DNA of 64,000 nucleotides, from assembly GCA_019753155.1 (NCBI GenBank), contig JAIELG010000005.1, positions 59,350 to 123,349 of the forward strand, in the 5' to 3' direction. The position numbers were made by a program, and so were the translations under genes. This stretch comes from Burkholderiales bacterium (GTDB lineage Bacteria > Pseudomonadota > Gammaproteobacteria > Burkholderiales > JABEVD01). Position 1 is the first letter of the stretch. Each line of letters opens with the position of its first letter. The notes beneath the pieces are model-generated. The model had not been told where the DNA came from. It ran no database searches and was given only the letters and a program-made list of their open reading frames with translations. Below, piece after piece: positions 1 to 10,355 of the stretch.

Positions 1-501
1 TGCGAGGCCCATGGACGGCTCGTCCAGGAAAAGCAGCCTCGGCCGGCTCATCAGCGCGCGCCCCAGGCTCGCCATCTGCTGCTCCCCCCCTGAAAGGGTT
101 CCCGCAGCCTGCTTTCTTCTTTCCTTCAACCTGGGAAAAAGGGTATAGATTTTTTCGAGATCATGGGCGATTTCCGTATCGCTCCTGGAATAGGCGCCCA
201 TTTCCAGGTTTTCCTCGACCGAAGATCTGCCGAAGAGACCCCTCCCTTCCGGCACCAGGGCGATGCCGCGGCTCGCGAGTCCGTGCGGGGGGAGGACCCC
301 GATATCTTCCCCTTCGAACAGGATTTTCCCGGACCGGGCTCGGACGATGCCGCATATGGCCTTCAGGGTCGTGGTTTTCCCCGCGCCGTTTGCCCCGATG
401 AGCGCCACGATTTCGCCACTGGCGAGCGACAGGTCTATCCCCTTCACCGCCTTGATGCCGTCGTAGGAAACGTGGAGATCGCTGATTTCGAGCAGATTCA
501 T
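1..501 (-). CDS. livF: Branched-chain amino acid ABC transporter ATP-binding subunit (3' end runs off the window)
   Basis: Manual minus-strand translation from ATG at 501: MNLLEISDLHVSYDGIKAVKGID...AGTLSGGEQQMASLGRALMSRPRLLFLDEPSMGLA; overlaps the livG stop. Confidence 0.93.
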   Translation of the reverse strand, partial: MNLLEISDLHVSYDGIKAVKGIDLSLASGEIVALIGANGAGKTTTLKAICGIVRARSGKILFEGEDIGVLPPHGLASRGIALVPEGRGLFGRSSVEENLEMGAYSRSDTEIAHDLEKIYTLFPRLKERRKQAAGTLSGGEQQMASLGRALMSRPRLLFLDEPSMGLA

Positions 502-1268
502 GAGCCTCCCAGGTAGGCTTCGATCACATGCGGATTTTTTCCAACCTCGGTCGGCGTGCCTTCCGCGATTTTCTCCCCGAAATTGAGCACGGCAAGCCTG
601 TCGCAAATGCCCATCACGAGCTTGACGTCGTGCTCGATCAGGAGGATGGTGATGCCGTCCGCCCTGATGGCTTCGAGCAGGGTTCCGAGGGAATCCGTCT
701 CGGAATGGTTCATTCCCGCCGCAGGTTCGTCGAGGGCGAGGAGCAGGGGTTCGGTTGCGAGCGCGCGCGCGATCTCGAGCCTTCTCTGGTCGCCGTAGCT
801 CAAGTTTCTGGCGAGCATGTGCGCATGCCTGGCTATTCCCGTATATTCGAGGAGGTGCGCGGCTTTTTCCCTGATGGATTTTTCTTCTGCGCGGGTCGCC
901 CGGTCCTTGAAAATCGCGCCGAGTATGCCCGCTTTGGTTCTGCAATGCCTGCCTACCATGACGTTCTCGATGGCGCTCATGTTGGAGAAAAGGCGGATAT
1001 TCTGGAAGGTCCTCGCGATTCCCGCTTCCGCCATGGCGCTCGGTTTTTTTCCGCCCATTTCCACGCCGTTCAGCCTGAAGTTTCCGGAGTCCGGTCTGCA
1101 GATTCCCGTGAGCACGTTGAAAAGGGTGGTTTTCCCCGCCCCGTTAGGACCGATCAGGGCGTAGATTTCCCCTTGGCAGATGGTGAGGGAGACATTACTC
1201 AGCGCGGCGAGACCGCCGAAATTTTTGCTGACATGCTCGACTTCGAGCAGCTTAGCGCCCTGCATCAT
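498..1268 (-). CDS. livG: Branched-chain amino acid ABC transporter ATP-binding subunit
   Basis: GPNGAGKTT, RTFQNIRLF, LSYGDQRRLEIARAL, V..AYLG tail. Confidence 0.95.
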   Translation of the reverse strand: MMQGAKLLEVEHVSKNFGGLAALSNVSLTICQGEIYALIGPNGAGKTTLFNVLTGICRPDSGNFRLNGVEMGGKKPSAMAEAGIARTFQNIRLFSNMSAIENVMVGRHCRTKAGILGAIFKDRATRAEEKSIREKAAHLLEYTGIARHAHMLARNLSYGDQRRLEIARALATEPLLLALDEPAAGMNHSETDSLGTLLEAIRADGITILLIEHDVKLVMGICDRLAVLNFGEKIAEGTPTEVGKNPHVIEAYLGGS

Positions 1269-2328
1269 AAACGCCGTCGTTCTCGTGTTTCGCAGTTTCG
1301 CCCTGCGCGGAGAGTTCTCTTTTTCTCGTGGGAGAAGGCCACAATCCGGCAGGGCGCAGCAGCATCACCAGGATCAGCGCGAGGCCGAAAATGAGCATCC
1401 TCAGGCTGGAGGGGTCGGCATAGACTTTTCCGAACAGGGATTCCTGGAGCGGTCCGACGTAACGCAATGCTTCCGGCACGATGGAAAGCAGGATCGCGCC
1501 CAGAATCACGCCGCGCACATGGCCCATTCCGCCCAGGACGACCATGCACAGGATCATGATCGATTCCATCAGGGTGAAGCTCTCCGGGCTTACGAATCCC
1601 TCGAATCCGGCGAAAAGCCCTCCGCTCAAGCCCCCGAAGCTCGCTCCCATGGCAAAAGCCAGCAGCTTGGTGTTGCGCGTGTTTATTCCCATGGCTTCCG
1701 CTGCGATTTCGTCTTCCCTGATCGCAACCCATGCCCGCCCTATCCTGGAATATTGCAGGCGCTTCGAGACGAATGCGGCAAGGAGGGCGAGGATCAGGAA
1801 GAGATAGTAATAATTGTATACGGAAGGGATGCTCCCTCCGACGGGATGATTCAGCGCGAAGGATCCGAGCTTGATGGGGTCGATAAGGTTGATTCCCTGC
1901 GGGCCGCCCGTGATGTTGTAGGGCGCGTTCAGGTTATTGAGGAATATCCTGATGATCTCCCCGAAGCCCAGGGTCACTATTGCAAGATAATCTCCCCTGA
2001 GGCGCAGGGTCGGCGCGCCGAGCAGTACGCCGAACAGCCCCGCCACGAATGCGCCGGCGGGAAGGAGCAGCCAGAACGGCAGATGCAGGCCGAAATGGGG
2101 CGATGCGAGAAGCGCATAGAAGTAGGCGCCCACAGCGAAAAAAGCCACATAACCGAGATCGAGCAGCCCCGCGAAACCGACCACGATGTTGAGACCGAGC
2201 GCAAGCATGGCATAGAGCAGGGCGAAATCCAGAATGCGCACCCAGGTTTTTCCAAAGGCGAAATCGGTGAGGAAGGGAAGGATGGCCAGGATGGATGCAA
2301 GGAGCGCCCACTTCAAAACTTTCGTCAT
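1252..2328 (-). CDS. livM: Branched-chain amino acid ABC transporter permease
   Basis: GLNIVVGFAGLLDLGYVAF and LRLRGDYLAIVTLGFGEI motifs. Confidence 0.95.
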   Translation of the reverse strand: MTKVLKWALLASILAILPFLTDFAFGKTWVRILDFALLYAMLALGLNIVVGFAGLLDLGYVAFFAVGAYFYALLASPHFGLHLPFWLLLPAGAFVAGLFGVLLGAPTLRLRGDYLAIVTLGFGEIIRIFLNNLNAPYNITGGPQGINLIDPIKLGSFALNHPVGGSIPSVYNYYYLFLILALLAAFVSKRLQYSRIGRAWVAIREDEIAAEAMGINTRNTKLLAFAMGASFGGLSGGLFAGFEGFVSPESFTLMESIMILCMVVLGGMGHVRGVILGAILLSIVPEALRYVGPLQESLFGKVYADPSSLRMLIFGLALILVMLLRPAGLWPSPTRKRELSAQGETAKHENDGVYDAGR

Positions 2329-3248
2329 GGGCGCTCGCCTACGCGTTCTCCGAGCAGGCCGATCGGCCGGAAGATGAGGACGAGGATCAGCACGAAAAAG
2401 GCGAAAACATCCTAGTAGTTGCTTCCCATGACGCCTCCCGTGATGGCGCCGAGGTAGCCTGCGCCCATGCTTTCGATGATCCCGAGCAGGAGTCCGCCCA
2501 GCATCGCCCCCTCTATATTGCCGATACCGCCCAGGACTGCCGCGGTGAACGCCTTCAATCCCAGGATGAATCCCATGTCATAGTGCGCTACACCGTAGTA
2601 TGCGCTTACCATCACGCCAGCCACGGCTGCCAGGGCTGATCCGATTATGAAAGTGATCGAGATGATGGCATTCGCATTGACCCCCATCAGGGTTGCGACT
2701 TCCCTGTTCTGCGCGGTGGCCCGCATGGCGTTGCCGAGTTTCGTTTTTTTCACGAGAAAGGAAAGCCCCGACATCATGGCGGCGGATGCGCATACGATGA
2801 GGATCTGGACGGCGCTGATGCCGGCTCCTGCGACAGGAATTGAAATTGCCGGAAGGAGGGCCGGGAAGGACAGGTATCCCCTTCCCCATATCATCATCGC
2901 AAGATTCTGCAGCAGCATGGACACCCCGATCGCGGTGATCAGCGGGGCGAGCCTGGGGGCGCCGCGCAGCGGGCGGTAGGCGACTTTCTCGATCAGGTAT
3001 CCCACGGCCATGCAGACGAGAATGGCGGCGAGAATCCCGATTCCTGCGATCAGGAACATGGGCAATCCGCTGCCGGACAGAAGATGGATCACCGTGAATG
3101 CGACCATCGCGCCCACCATGACGATATCGCCGTGGGCGAAATTGATCAGTCCCATGATGCCGTAGACCAGTGTGTAGCCCAGGGCAACGAGAGAATAGAT
3201 GCTTCCGAGGACGATGCCGTTGATAAGTTGCTGGAGGAAGATATCCAT
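2325..3248 (-). pseudogene. livH: Branched-chain amino acid ABC permease LivH interrupted by an in-frame TAG at 2412-2414
   Basis: Starts MDIFLQQLINGIVLGSIY; reads GSNY*DVFAFFVLILVLIFRPIGLLGERVGERP to a TGA overlapping the livM ATG; 308 codons in total. Confidence 0.85.
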
Positions 3249-3262
3249 GGACGGCGGGGAAC

Positions 3263-4393
3263 CTAGGGGAGCGCCACCCAGTTGCCGTTCCTGACCTGGT
3301 AGAGGGTGACGGCGCCTTCCTTGATGTCGCCGCGGCTGTCGAAAACGATCGGTCCCGTCACGCCCGTCAGGTTCGTCTGCGCGAGAAAGGGGAGATATTT
3401 TTTGGGATCCGGCGAGTTCGCCTTCTTCATCGCATCGACGAGCGCCACGGTAGCGTCGTAGCAATAGGGCGAATACAACTGGATCTTGCCGTATTTCGCT
3501 TCGAATTTTTCGATGAAAGCCTTGCCGCCCGGCATTTTTTCCAGAGGCAATCCCGGAGAGGATGCATAAGCGCCTTCAGCGGATTTGCCTGCGAGGCGGA
3601 TGAATTCCGGGCTTCTCGACCCGTCCGCGCCGAGGAATTCAGGCTTCATGCCCAGATTCCTGAGCTGTTTCATCATGGGGCCGGCCTGGGCATCCATTCC
3701 CCCGAAAAAAATCAGGTCGGGCTTCTTGCCCTTGATGGATGTCAGGATTGCCGTGAAATCCGTGGCATGGTCGCTCGTGTATTCGCGGGCGACGATGCGC
3801 GCGCCCGATGCCTTCACATCCTTTTCGAATTCGTCGGCAAGGCCCTGCCCATAGGCGGTCCTGTCGTCTATGATGGCGATGGAGCCGGCCTTGAGCGTTC
3901 CGGCTGCGAATTCCGCCAGGGCGTGGCCCTGCTGTCTGTCGTTCGTGATGACCCTGAAGGCTGTTTTGTAGCCCTGGTTCGTATAGGCGATGGCGGTTGC
4001 CGATGGGGATACCTCGGCGATCCCCGCGTCGCTGTAAATTTTCGAAGCCGGAATCGAAGTTCCCGAGTTGAGATCGCCGATAACACCGTTCACGCCTTCG
4101 TCCACGAGCTTCTGGGCAACGATGGTGGCTGTCTTCGGGTCGGCCTGATCGTCTTCGCTCAGGATCACGATTTTTGCCTTGCTTCCCCCGATGACGAGTC
4201 CGGAAGCGTTGATTTCGTCGGCAGCGAGGCGCGCCCCGTTGTCATTGTCCTTGCCGAGGTGGGACTGGGGGCCTGTCAGGGGCGCTATGGATCCGATGCG
4301 GATGGTGATTTCCTGCGATGACTCGTGCTTTGCGCAGCCCGCCAAGGCAAGTGTCGCTGCAAATGCAATGAGGGATCGACGTGTAATGGCCAT
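3263..4393 (-). CDS. livK: Branched-chain amino acid ABC substrate-binding lipoprotein
   Basis: MAITRRSLIAFAATLALAGC lipobox; IGSIAPLTGP, EDDQADPK, DDRTAYGQGLAD motifs; start trimmed from the longer ORF. Confidence 0.92.
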   Translation of the reverse strand: MAITRRSLIAFAATLALAGCAKHESSQEITIRIGSIAPLTGPQSHLGKDNDNGARLAADEINASGLVIGGSKAKIVILSEDDQADPKTATIVAQKLVDEGVNGVIGDLNSGTSIPASKIYSDAGIAEVSPSATAIAYTNQGYKTAFRVITNDRQQGHALAEFAAGTLKAGSIAIIDDRTAYGQGLADEFEKDVKASGARIVAREYTSDHATDFTAILTSIKGKKPDLIFFGGMDAQAGPMMKQLRNLGMKPEFLGADGSRSPEFIRLAGKSAEGAYASSPGLPLEKMPGGKAFIEKFEAKYGKIQLYSPYCYDATVALVDAMKKANSPDPKKYLPFLAQTNLTGVTGPIVFDSRGDIKEGAVTLYQVRNGNWVALP

Positions 4394-4449
4394 TGGATGC
4401 GCTTGATTTTGTTCCGATTGGCGATTATCGGTGAGATGGCTCTGATTTG

Positions 4450-4845
4450 TCAATTTTGGGTCTTGAGGGAAAGTATGTATCGAACGATCCGGCGTATGTT
4501 TTCCCCCGATACGCGCGGATAGCTGGGCGGCATGGACATGCCTCCCGTGACATCGATCCAGTTGCCTTTTCCGCCCATGGAAATCTTCTTGACGAGGCTT
4601 TCCTCGGCTTCCTGTTCGCTCATCGTCCCGGCCCTGATTCTGCCATTGTAGCGCTTCGATACGTCGTTCCATGCAGGACCGATTACCTTGTGATCCAGGG
4701 CGTGACAGGCGAGGCATTGGCTTTTCGCGGCAAGCGCGATTTCAGGCGCTGCATTGTCGGCAGGCTCCAGGCCACGGCTGCATCCCGATACCAGAACGAA
4801 CAGGCCCAAAGAAAAAGCCGGCGCTAGGCCGGCTCTTCTCAGCAC
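4450..4845 (-). CDS. Class I cytochrome c (c551/c552-like), probable lipoprotein
   Basis: CLACH haem motif, KVIGPAW, GGKGNW...MSMPP axial Met; LVSGC lipobox-like signal. Confidence 0.85.
   Translation of the reverse strand: MLRRAGLAPAFSLGLFVLVSGCSRGLEPADNAAPEIALAAKSQCLACHALDHKVIGPAWNDVSKRYNGRIRAGTMSEQEAEESLVKKISMGGKGNWIDVTGGMSMPPSYPRVSGENIRRIVRYILSLKTQN
4811..4838 (-). terminator. Intrinsic terminator after the upstream cytochrome gene
   Basis: AGCCGGC-5 nt-GCCGGCT stem followed on the minus strand by TTTT(T)C. Confidence 0.7.
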
Positions 4846-4854
4846 AGGGTGCGC

Positions 4855-5229
4855 TTACTTCTTCAGATCAAGGATCAGCTTGACGATCTTGTGCAGATCG
4901 GCATTGCTGGGCTTGCTGGGGTGGGGGGTCATGGACATGCCGCCGGTCACTTTATCCCAGTTGCCTTTGCCGCCCTTGGTGACTTTTTCTACCAGTGCGT
5001 CTTCAGCCTTGGCTTCGGTGGTTTTTCCAGCCTTGATGTCGCCGTTGTAGCGTGCGGAAACGTCGTTCCAGGCAGGTCCGACGACCTTGTGGTCAATTGC
5101 GTGGCAAACCAGGCAATCGCCGCCGGACGATTTCACCAGGGCAACTGCGTCGCCTGCAGGATCTGCCATCGCCACGCCGGATGCCATCATTGCTACTGCT
5201 GCGGTTGCTGCCGCAATCATTGCTTTCAT
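4855..5229 (-). CDS. Periplasmic class I cytochrome c (c551/c552-like)
   Basis: Sec signal (AMA-DP), CLVCH, KVVGPAW, GGKGNW, MSMTP; AAGGAGG RBS. Confidence 0.93.
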   Translation of the reverse strand: MKAMIAAATAAVAMMASGVAMADPAGDAVALVKSSGGDCLVCHAIDHKVVGPAWNDVSARYNGDIKAGKTTEAKAEDALVEKVTKGGKGNWDKVTGGMSMTPHPSKPSNADLHKIVKLILDLKK

Positions 5230-5371
5230 GCTTCACTCCTCCTTTTGGTTTAAAAAAACTGCTCCGCGATTCTAACAACACTCCCCGTATTTGCAAAACG
5301 GAGTTGCAAAGATGTTACAAAATGAGGGGATTGTCAATTCTTTTAACGCGCCTGGCGTGCAATCGTTGACA

Positions 5372-7216
5372 TCAGCGCTCGATTTGCGAGACATCCCTGA
5401 CCGCCCCGCGCGATGCGCTGGTTGTCATTGCGGCATAGGCCCTGAGCGCAGGGGAGATGATCCTTTCCCTTTTCGTGGGTTTCCATGCCTTTGCGCCTCG
5501 TTCCGTCATCTTTTTTCTGCGTGCATCCAGTTCGGTTTCGTCTATTTCGAGATTCAGGCGCCTTTCCGGGATGTCTATGGCGACGATGTCGCCTTCCTCG
5601 ATCAATCCGATCGCGCCGCCTTCGGCGGCCTCCGGGGAGACATGCCCGATGGAGAGGCCGGAAGTGCCGCCCGAGAAACGCCCGTCGGTGAGCAGCGCGC
5701 AGCTCTTCCCCAGGCCCTTGGACTTGAGGTAGCTGGTCGGGTAGAGCATTTCCTGCATTCCCGGGCCGCCCCTGGGGCCTTCGTAACGGATCACGACCAC
5801 GTCTCCGGCCGCGATCCTGTCCGAGAGTATCGCGGCCACGGCATCCTCCTGGCTTTCGAAAACGCGCGCCGGCCCCCTGAATTTCAGGATGCTCTCGTCG
5901 ACCCCGGCAGTCTTGACGATGCATCCGTCGAGGGCAATGTTGCCGTGGAGCACGGCAAGGCCGCCATCCGCGCTGTAGGCGTGTTCCATATCCCTGATGC
6001 AGCCCGAAGTCCTGTCGAGATCGAGGGATTCGAAACGGCAGTCCTGGCTGAAAGCCAGCGTGGTCGGGACGCCCCCTGGGGCCGCCCTGAAGAATTCGCG
6101 CGATGCTTCGGTCCTTCTCACATCCCATTTCTCCAGCGCTTCCCCCATGGTCCTGCCGTGGACGGTCAATGCGTCCTTATGGAGAAGATTCGCCCTGTCG
6201 AGTTCCCCGAGGATGCCGATCACCCCGCCTGCCCGGTGCACGTCTTCCATGTGATAGGTCTGGACCGCAGGGGCGACCTTGCAGAGGTTGGGGATCCTGC
6301 GCGACATCCTGTCGATGTCCTTCATGGTGAAATCCACGTTCGCCTCCCCCGCGGCTGCAAGCAGGTGGAGAACGGTATTGGTCGAGCCGCCCATTGCGAT
6401 ATCGAGCGCGATGGCGTTCTCGAATGCATCGAAGGTCGCGATCGATCTGGGCAGCACCGTCGTATCGTCATGTTCGTAATAGCGCCTGGCGAGTTCCACG
6501 ATCAGGCGCCCTGCTTCGAGGAAAAGCTTTTTCCTGTCGATATGGGTTGCAAGCAGGGAGCCGTTTCCGGGAAGGGAGAGGCCGAGCGCTTCGGTGAGGC
6601 AGTTCATGGAATTGGCCGTGAACATCCCCGAACAGGAGCCGCAGGTCGGGCAGGCGGAGCGCTCCATCTGAACCGTCTCGTCGTCCGTGACGGTGCTGTC
6701 CGCTGCAGCGACCATGGCGTCGACCAGGTCGAGGTGCAGTTCCCTGCCGCGGATGATTGCTTTTCCCGCTTCCATGGGGCCGCCCGAGACGAACACGGTC
6801 GGGATGTTCAGCCTCAGGGAGGCCATCAGCATTCCGGGTGTGATCTTGTCGCAATTCGAGATGCAGACGAGCGCATCGGCGCAGTGAGCATTCACCATGT
6901 ATTCCACGGAGTCGGCAATCAACTCGCGCGATGGCAGGCTGTAGAGCATGCCGCCATGCCCCATGGCGATGCCGTCGTCGATCGCTATGGTGTCGAATTC
7001 CTTGGCGACTCCCCCGGCCTTTTCGATTTCCCGGCAGACGAGTTGTCCCAGGTCCTTGAGGTGAACATGCCCAGGGACGAACTGGGTGAATGAGTTGGCC
7101 ACAGCGATGATGGGCTTGCCGAAATCGGAATCCATCATGCCCGTCGCACGCCAGAGGGCGCGGGCGCCGGCCATGTTCCTGCCGTGGGTGGTCGTTCTGG
7201 ATCGGTATGCCGGCAT
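5372..7216 (-). CDS. ilvD: Dihydroxy-acid dehydratase
   Basis: [50 protein letters not shown]. Confidence 0.98.
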   Translation of the reverse strand: MPAYRSRTTTHGRNMAGARALWRATGMMDSDFGKPIIAVANSFTQFVPGHVHLKDLGQLVCREIEKAGGVAKEFDTIAIDDGIAMGHGGMLYSLPSRELIADSVEYMVNAHCADALVCISNCDKITPGMLMASLRLNIPTVFVSGGPMEAGKAIIRGRELHLDLVDAMVAAADSTVTDDETVQMERSACPTCGSCSGMFTANSMNCLTEALGLSLPGNGSLLATHIDRKKLFLEAGRLIVELARRYYEHDDTTVLPRSIATFDAFENAIALDIAMGGSTNTVLHLLAAAGEANVDFTMKDIDRMSRRIPNLCKVAPAVQTYHMEDVHRAGGVIGILGELDRANLLHKDALTVHGRTMGEALEKWDVRRTEASREFFRAAPGGVPTTLAFSQDCRFESLDLDRTSGCIRDMEHAYSADGGLAVLHGNIALDGCIVKTAGVDESILKFRGPARVFESQEDAVAAILSDRIAAGDVVVIRYEGPRGGPGMQEMLYPTSYLKSKGLGKSCALLTDGRFSGGTSGLSIGHVSPEAAEGGAIGLIEEGDIVAIDIPERRLNLEIDETELDARRKKMTERGAKAWKPTKRERIISPALRAYAAMTTSASRGAVRDVSQIER

Positions 7217-7279
7217 GAAAAACCCCCGAAGTCTAAAAAGGATATAATTCCTATTTTAACTTAATTCGAGGCCATCTCA

Positions 7280-8074
7280 ATGCTGATTCACCCGGATTTC
7301 GATCCCGTAGCGGTTCACCTGGGGCCTGTTTCGATACGCTGGTATGGTCTCATGTACCTGCTCGGGTTCGTTCTGTTCCTGGTTTTGGGGCGGCTGCGCA
7401 GCAAAATGAGGCCGGATCTCGCATGGACCTACAGGGAGATAGACGATCTCCTCTTTTATGGCGCGCTTGGCGTGGTTCTGGGGGGGAGGCTGGGTTATAT
7501 CCTTTTCTACAAGTTCTCGGATTACCTGCATGCGCCCCTTCACATGTTCTATCTGTGGGAAGGGGGGATGTCCTTCCACGGCGGACTCCTGGGCGTGCTG
7601 ATCGCGATGTGGTTCTTCTCGAAAAAGACGGGGAAGACATGGCTCTCCGTCACGGACTTTATCGCGCCCCTGGTGCCGCTGGGACTCGGAGCGGGCAGGG
7701 TGGGCAATTTCATCAACGGGGAATTGTGGGGGCGTCCAACCGATGTGCCATGGGCAATGGTCTTCCCCAAAATGGACATGCAGCCGAGGCACCCTTCCGA
7801 ACTGTACGAGTTTGCCCTCGAAGGGGTGGCGCTTTTCCTCATCCTGTGGTTTTTCTCGAAAAAGCCCAGGCCGACGGGCGCGGTTTCCGGACTCTTCCTG
7901 ATCTGTTACGGATTCTTCAGGTTTACGGTCGAATTCACGCGCGAACCCGACAGCTTCCTCGGGCTGCTCACCTTTGGCCTCTCCATGGGGCAATGGCTTT
8001 CCCTGCCCATGATCGGAATCGGCATCTGGATGATGGCGTGGGCCCGGTCTTCCAATCCGGAAAAAAATGTTTAA
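7280..8074 (+). CDS. lgt: Prolipoprotein diacylglyceryl transferase
   Basis: [38 protein letters not shown]. Confidence 0.98.
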   Translation: MLIHPDFDPVAVHLGPVSIRWYGLMYLLGFVLFLVLGRLRSKMRPDLAWTYREIDDLLFYGALGVVLGGRLGYILFYKFSDYLHAPLHMFYLWEGGMSFHGGLLGVLIAMWFFSKKTGKTWLSVTDFIAPLVPLGLGAGRVGNFINGELWGRPTDVPWAMVFPKMDMQPRHPSELYEFALEGVALFLILWFFSKKPRPTGAVSGLFLICYGFFRFTVEFTREPDSFLGLLTFGLSMGQWLSLPMIGIGIWMMAWARSSNPEKNV

Positions 8075-8086
8075 AATAACCGGGAT

Positions 8087-8162
<76 letters not shown>

Positions 8163-8334
8163 TAACAGCGTGAAATTTAAGTTATTTTTTCGAATCCTGA
8201 TCTTGACGCTTCCTGGTCTGTCTAAATTTGTCGTAACCGCCACGACAAATATCGGCACGGTCAGGACTGCGAAATATTATATTCGGCGCCCGACACCGGA
8301 CACCCGCAAATGGCAGGGGCCGACCCGGAGCGGA

Positions 8335-8509
8335 ATCACATCCCCCTGCTGCGAATTCAACGTCACGGAATGCCTGCCGCAAGGTCCGATCGTGATGTTG
8401 TGCCCACCCAGGCGTTGTCTTCGAGGCAATCCTTCAGCCGTTCGGCGAGACGCAACTCGCCGCGTGCATCGAAGCGTGCGGCGCCGAGGGAGGGGATAAG
8501 GGTGGTCAT
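8335..8509 (-). pseudogene. 5' remnant of a NERD-domain nuclease/helicase gene (copy 1)
   Basis: ATG at 8509 gives MTTLIPSLGAARFDARGELRLAERLKDCLEDNAWV, then a frameshift to HNITIGPCGRHS; resembles NERD-UvrD N-termini. Confidence 0.65.
8370..8464. repeat. ~95 bp imperfect direct repeat, copy 1 (copy 2 at 9826-9916)
   Basis: Both copies share ATGCCTGCCGCAAGGTCCGA...GGCGTTGTCTTCGAGGCAATCCTTCAGC...TCGCCGCG. Confidence 0.9.
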
Positions 8510-8546
8510 GGGGTGGGATTATCGCAGGTGGGTTTGGTTAAGTACG

Positions 8547-9725
8547 CTATTCTCGTTGCAAGTTATTGCGCTGTGGATTCCAATGGATTCGCCAGCGCCT
8601 GCCAGCCGACAACGCGACACTCGTCGCGTTCATACTGTCCATCACCACCATAAACAATGCCGCATCGCCGAACAAGGCCGACAGCTTGCGCAGCGCTGCC
8701 GTCCAGTCCCTGCTGAAAGTGGAGCCGGATTTGATTTCCACGGGCATGAACTGGTCACCCTGCGGGATTAACAGATCAACCTCATGCCCAGCACTGTCGC
8801 GCCAGAAATACAACTCGGCAGCCTGCCCGGCATTGAACTGGCGCTTGACCCACTCCGACACCACCAGCGTTTCAAACAGCGCACCGCGCGAGGCATGGGT
8901 GGTCAGCGTGTTTGCATCGCGTATGCCCAACAAATACGCCATCAAACCGGTATCGAGGAAATACAGCTTGGGCATTTTCACCAACCGCTTGCCGAAATTC
9001 TGGTGGTGCGGGCGCAGCAGATAAACGACATAGCTCGCCTCCAGTACCGTCAGCCATTCCCGCGCCGTCACATGCGAGATGCCGCAATCCGCCGCCAGCG
9101 CGGAAAGATTGAGCAACTGCCCCGAGCGCGCGGCGCACATCTTGAGGAAACGCTGGAACAGCGACAAATTGCGCACCGCCAACAACTGCCGCACATCCCT
9201 TTCCAGATAAGTGGCCACGTAGTTGGGGAACCAGTCGTCGGGCGCAACGGGGCGGTCATACAGCGGTGGATAACAACCGCGCAACATCGTTTCATCCAGC
9301 GTTGCGGGCAGCACGCCGCCTTCCCTCAACTCGGCCAGCGAAAACGGCAGCAACTGCAACAACCCCACCCGACCCGCCAGCGACTGGCTGATGCCGGACA
9401 TCAACCCAAACTGCTGCGACCCCGTGAGAATGAACTCGCCCATCCGCTTGCGCTGATCCACCACGCCTTGCAGGTAAGAAAACAAATCCGGGCAACGCTG
9501 AACTTCGTCCAGAACCGCCCCCTGCGGAAACCGCGCCAGAAAAGCGCGCGGATCGGCATCGGCAAACGAACGCTCCTCCGGGTCTTCCAGCGAAACGTAG
9601 GGCTTGTCGGCAAACAGTGCGCGCGCCAGCGTCGTCTTGCCGGACTGGCGCGGCCCCGTGATCGCCAGCGCGGGAAACCCCTGCGCCAGACGCAATGCGG
9701 TGGAAAATGCGGATCGATTCAGCAT
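8547..9725 (-). CDS. AAA_14/DUF4143 ATP-binding protein, C-terminus frameshifted near 8660
   Basis: ITGPRQSGKTT, LDEVQR, LTGSQQ, KRLVKMPKLYFLDTGL, GALFE, EVDL...EIK; the family-like tail GIVYGGDGQYERDECRVVGWQ lies in another frame ending at 8563. Confidence 0.88.
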   Translation of the reverse strand: MLNRSAFSTALRLAQGFPALAITGPRQSGKTTLARALFADKPYVSLEDPEERSFADADPRAFLARFPQGAVLDEVQRCPDLFSYLQGVVDQRKRMGEFILTGSQQFGLMSGISQSLAGRVGLLQLLPFSLAELREGGVLPATLDETMLRGCYPPLYDRPVAPDDWFPNYVATYLERDVRQLLAVRNLSLFQRFLKMCAARSGQLLNLSALAADCGISHVTAREWLTVLEASYVVYLLRPHHQNFGKRLVKMPKLYFLDTGLMAYLLGIRDANTLTTHASRGALFETLVVSEWVKRQFNAGQAAELYFWRDSAGHEVDLLIPQGDQFMPVEIKSGSTFSRDWTAALRKLSALFGDAALFMVVMDSMNATSVALSAGRRWRIHWNPQRNNLQRE

Positions 9726-9804
9726 GTCTGCAGTTTGAAAGTTGAAACTTCAAATTGCATGGTAAGGGAAAACGGGGTGAAGGGGAAGGGGCGTTAGGAA
9801 CGTG

Positions 9805-9920
9805 GACCCCGATGATTACGAAATCATGCCTGCCGCAAGGTCCGAATGTTGTGCCACATCCGGGCGTTGTCTTCGAGGCAATCCTTCAGCAGTTCGGCGA
9901 GGCGTAATTCGCCGCGCCCC
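9805..9920 (-). pseudogene. NERD-domain gene 5' remnant (copy 2 of the repeat)
   Basis: Minus strand reads RGELRLAELLKDCLEDNARMWHNI, frameshift, then GPCGRHDFVII. Confidence 0.6.
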
Positions 9921-9944
9921 ACGGGGGAATAAATCGGCGGTTCC

Positions 9945-10355
9945 CTAACATCGCTGGATCAGTTCGATTCGGTAGCCATCTGGATCCTCGATGAAAGCGA
10001 TAATGTCGGGATCGCCTCCATCTGCGGGTGCATGGGCCATTGCGCCGGGTTTCCTGACAAGCCTGACTCCTTTAGCTTCGAGTGCCGCGCATGCGGCATA
10101 AATGTCCTGAACCGACAGGGCGATGTGGCCATATGCCGTGCCCTTTTCATAGCGGTTCACATCCCAGTTGTGGGTAAGCTCGATGACGCTCTGCTCGTCC
10201 CGATAGCCGACAAATGCGAGCGTGAAGCGGCCTTCGGGATACGCTTCGCGCCGCAACAGGCGCATCCCCAGCATGCCGGTGTAGAAACCCAGAGACTTCT
10301 CCAGGTCTCCCACCCTCAGCATGGTGTGCAGTATCGCGGACATGCGCCCGTTCAC
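9945..10355 (-). CDS. gloA: Lactoylglutathione lyase (glyoxalase I)
   Basis: ILHTMLRVGDLEKSLGFYT, IELTHNW, GTAYGHIAL, IAFIEDPDGYRIELIQ; ATG at 10343 is an alternative start. Confidence 0.93.
   Translation of the reverse strand: MNGRMSAILHTMLRVGDLEKSLGFYTGMLGMRLLRREAYPEGRFTLAFVGYRDEQSVIELTHNWDVNRYEKGTAYGHIALSVQDIYAACAALEAKGVRLVRKPGAMAHAPADGGDPDIIAFIEDPDGYRIELIQRC

Noticed and set aside
2412..2414. Genome-wide amber recoding
   Set aside because: Only one case seen, and other genes terminate at TAG at the expected positions
5291..7093. 600-aa plus-strand ORF
   Set aside because: Antisense shadow of ilvD with no recognisable motifs; such shadows are common in GC-rich DNA
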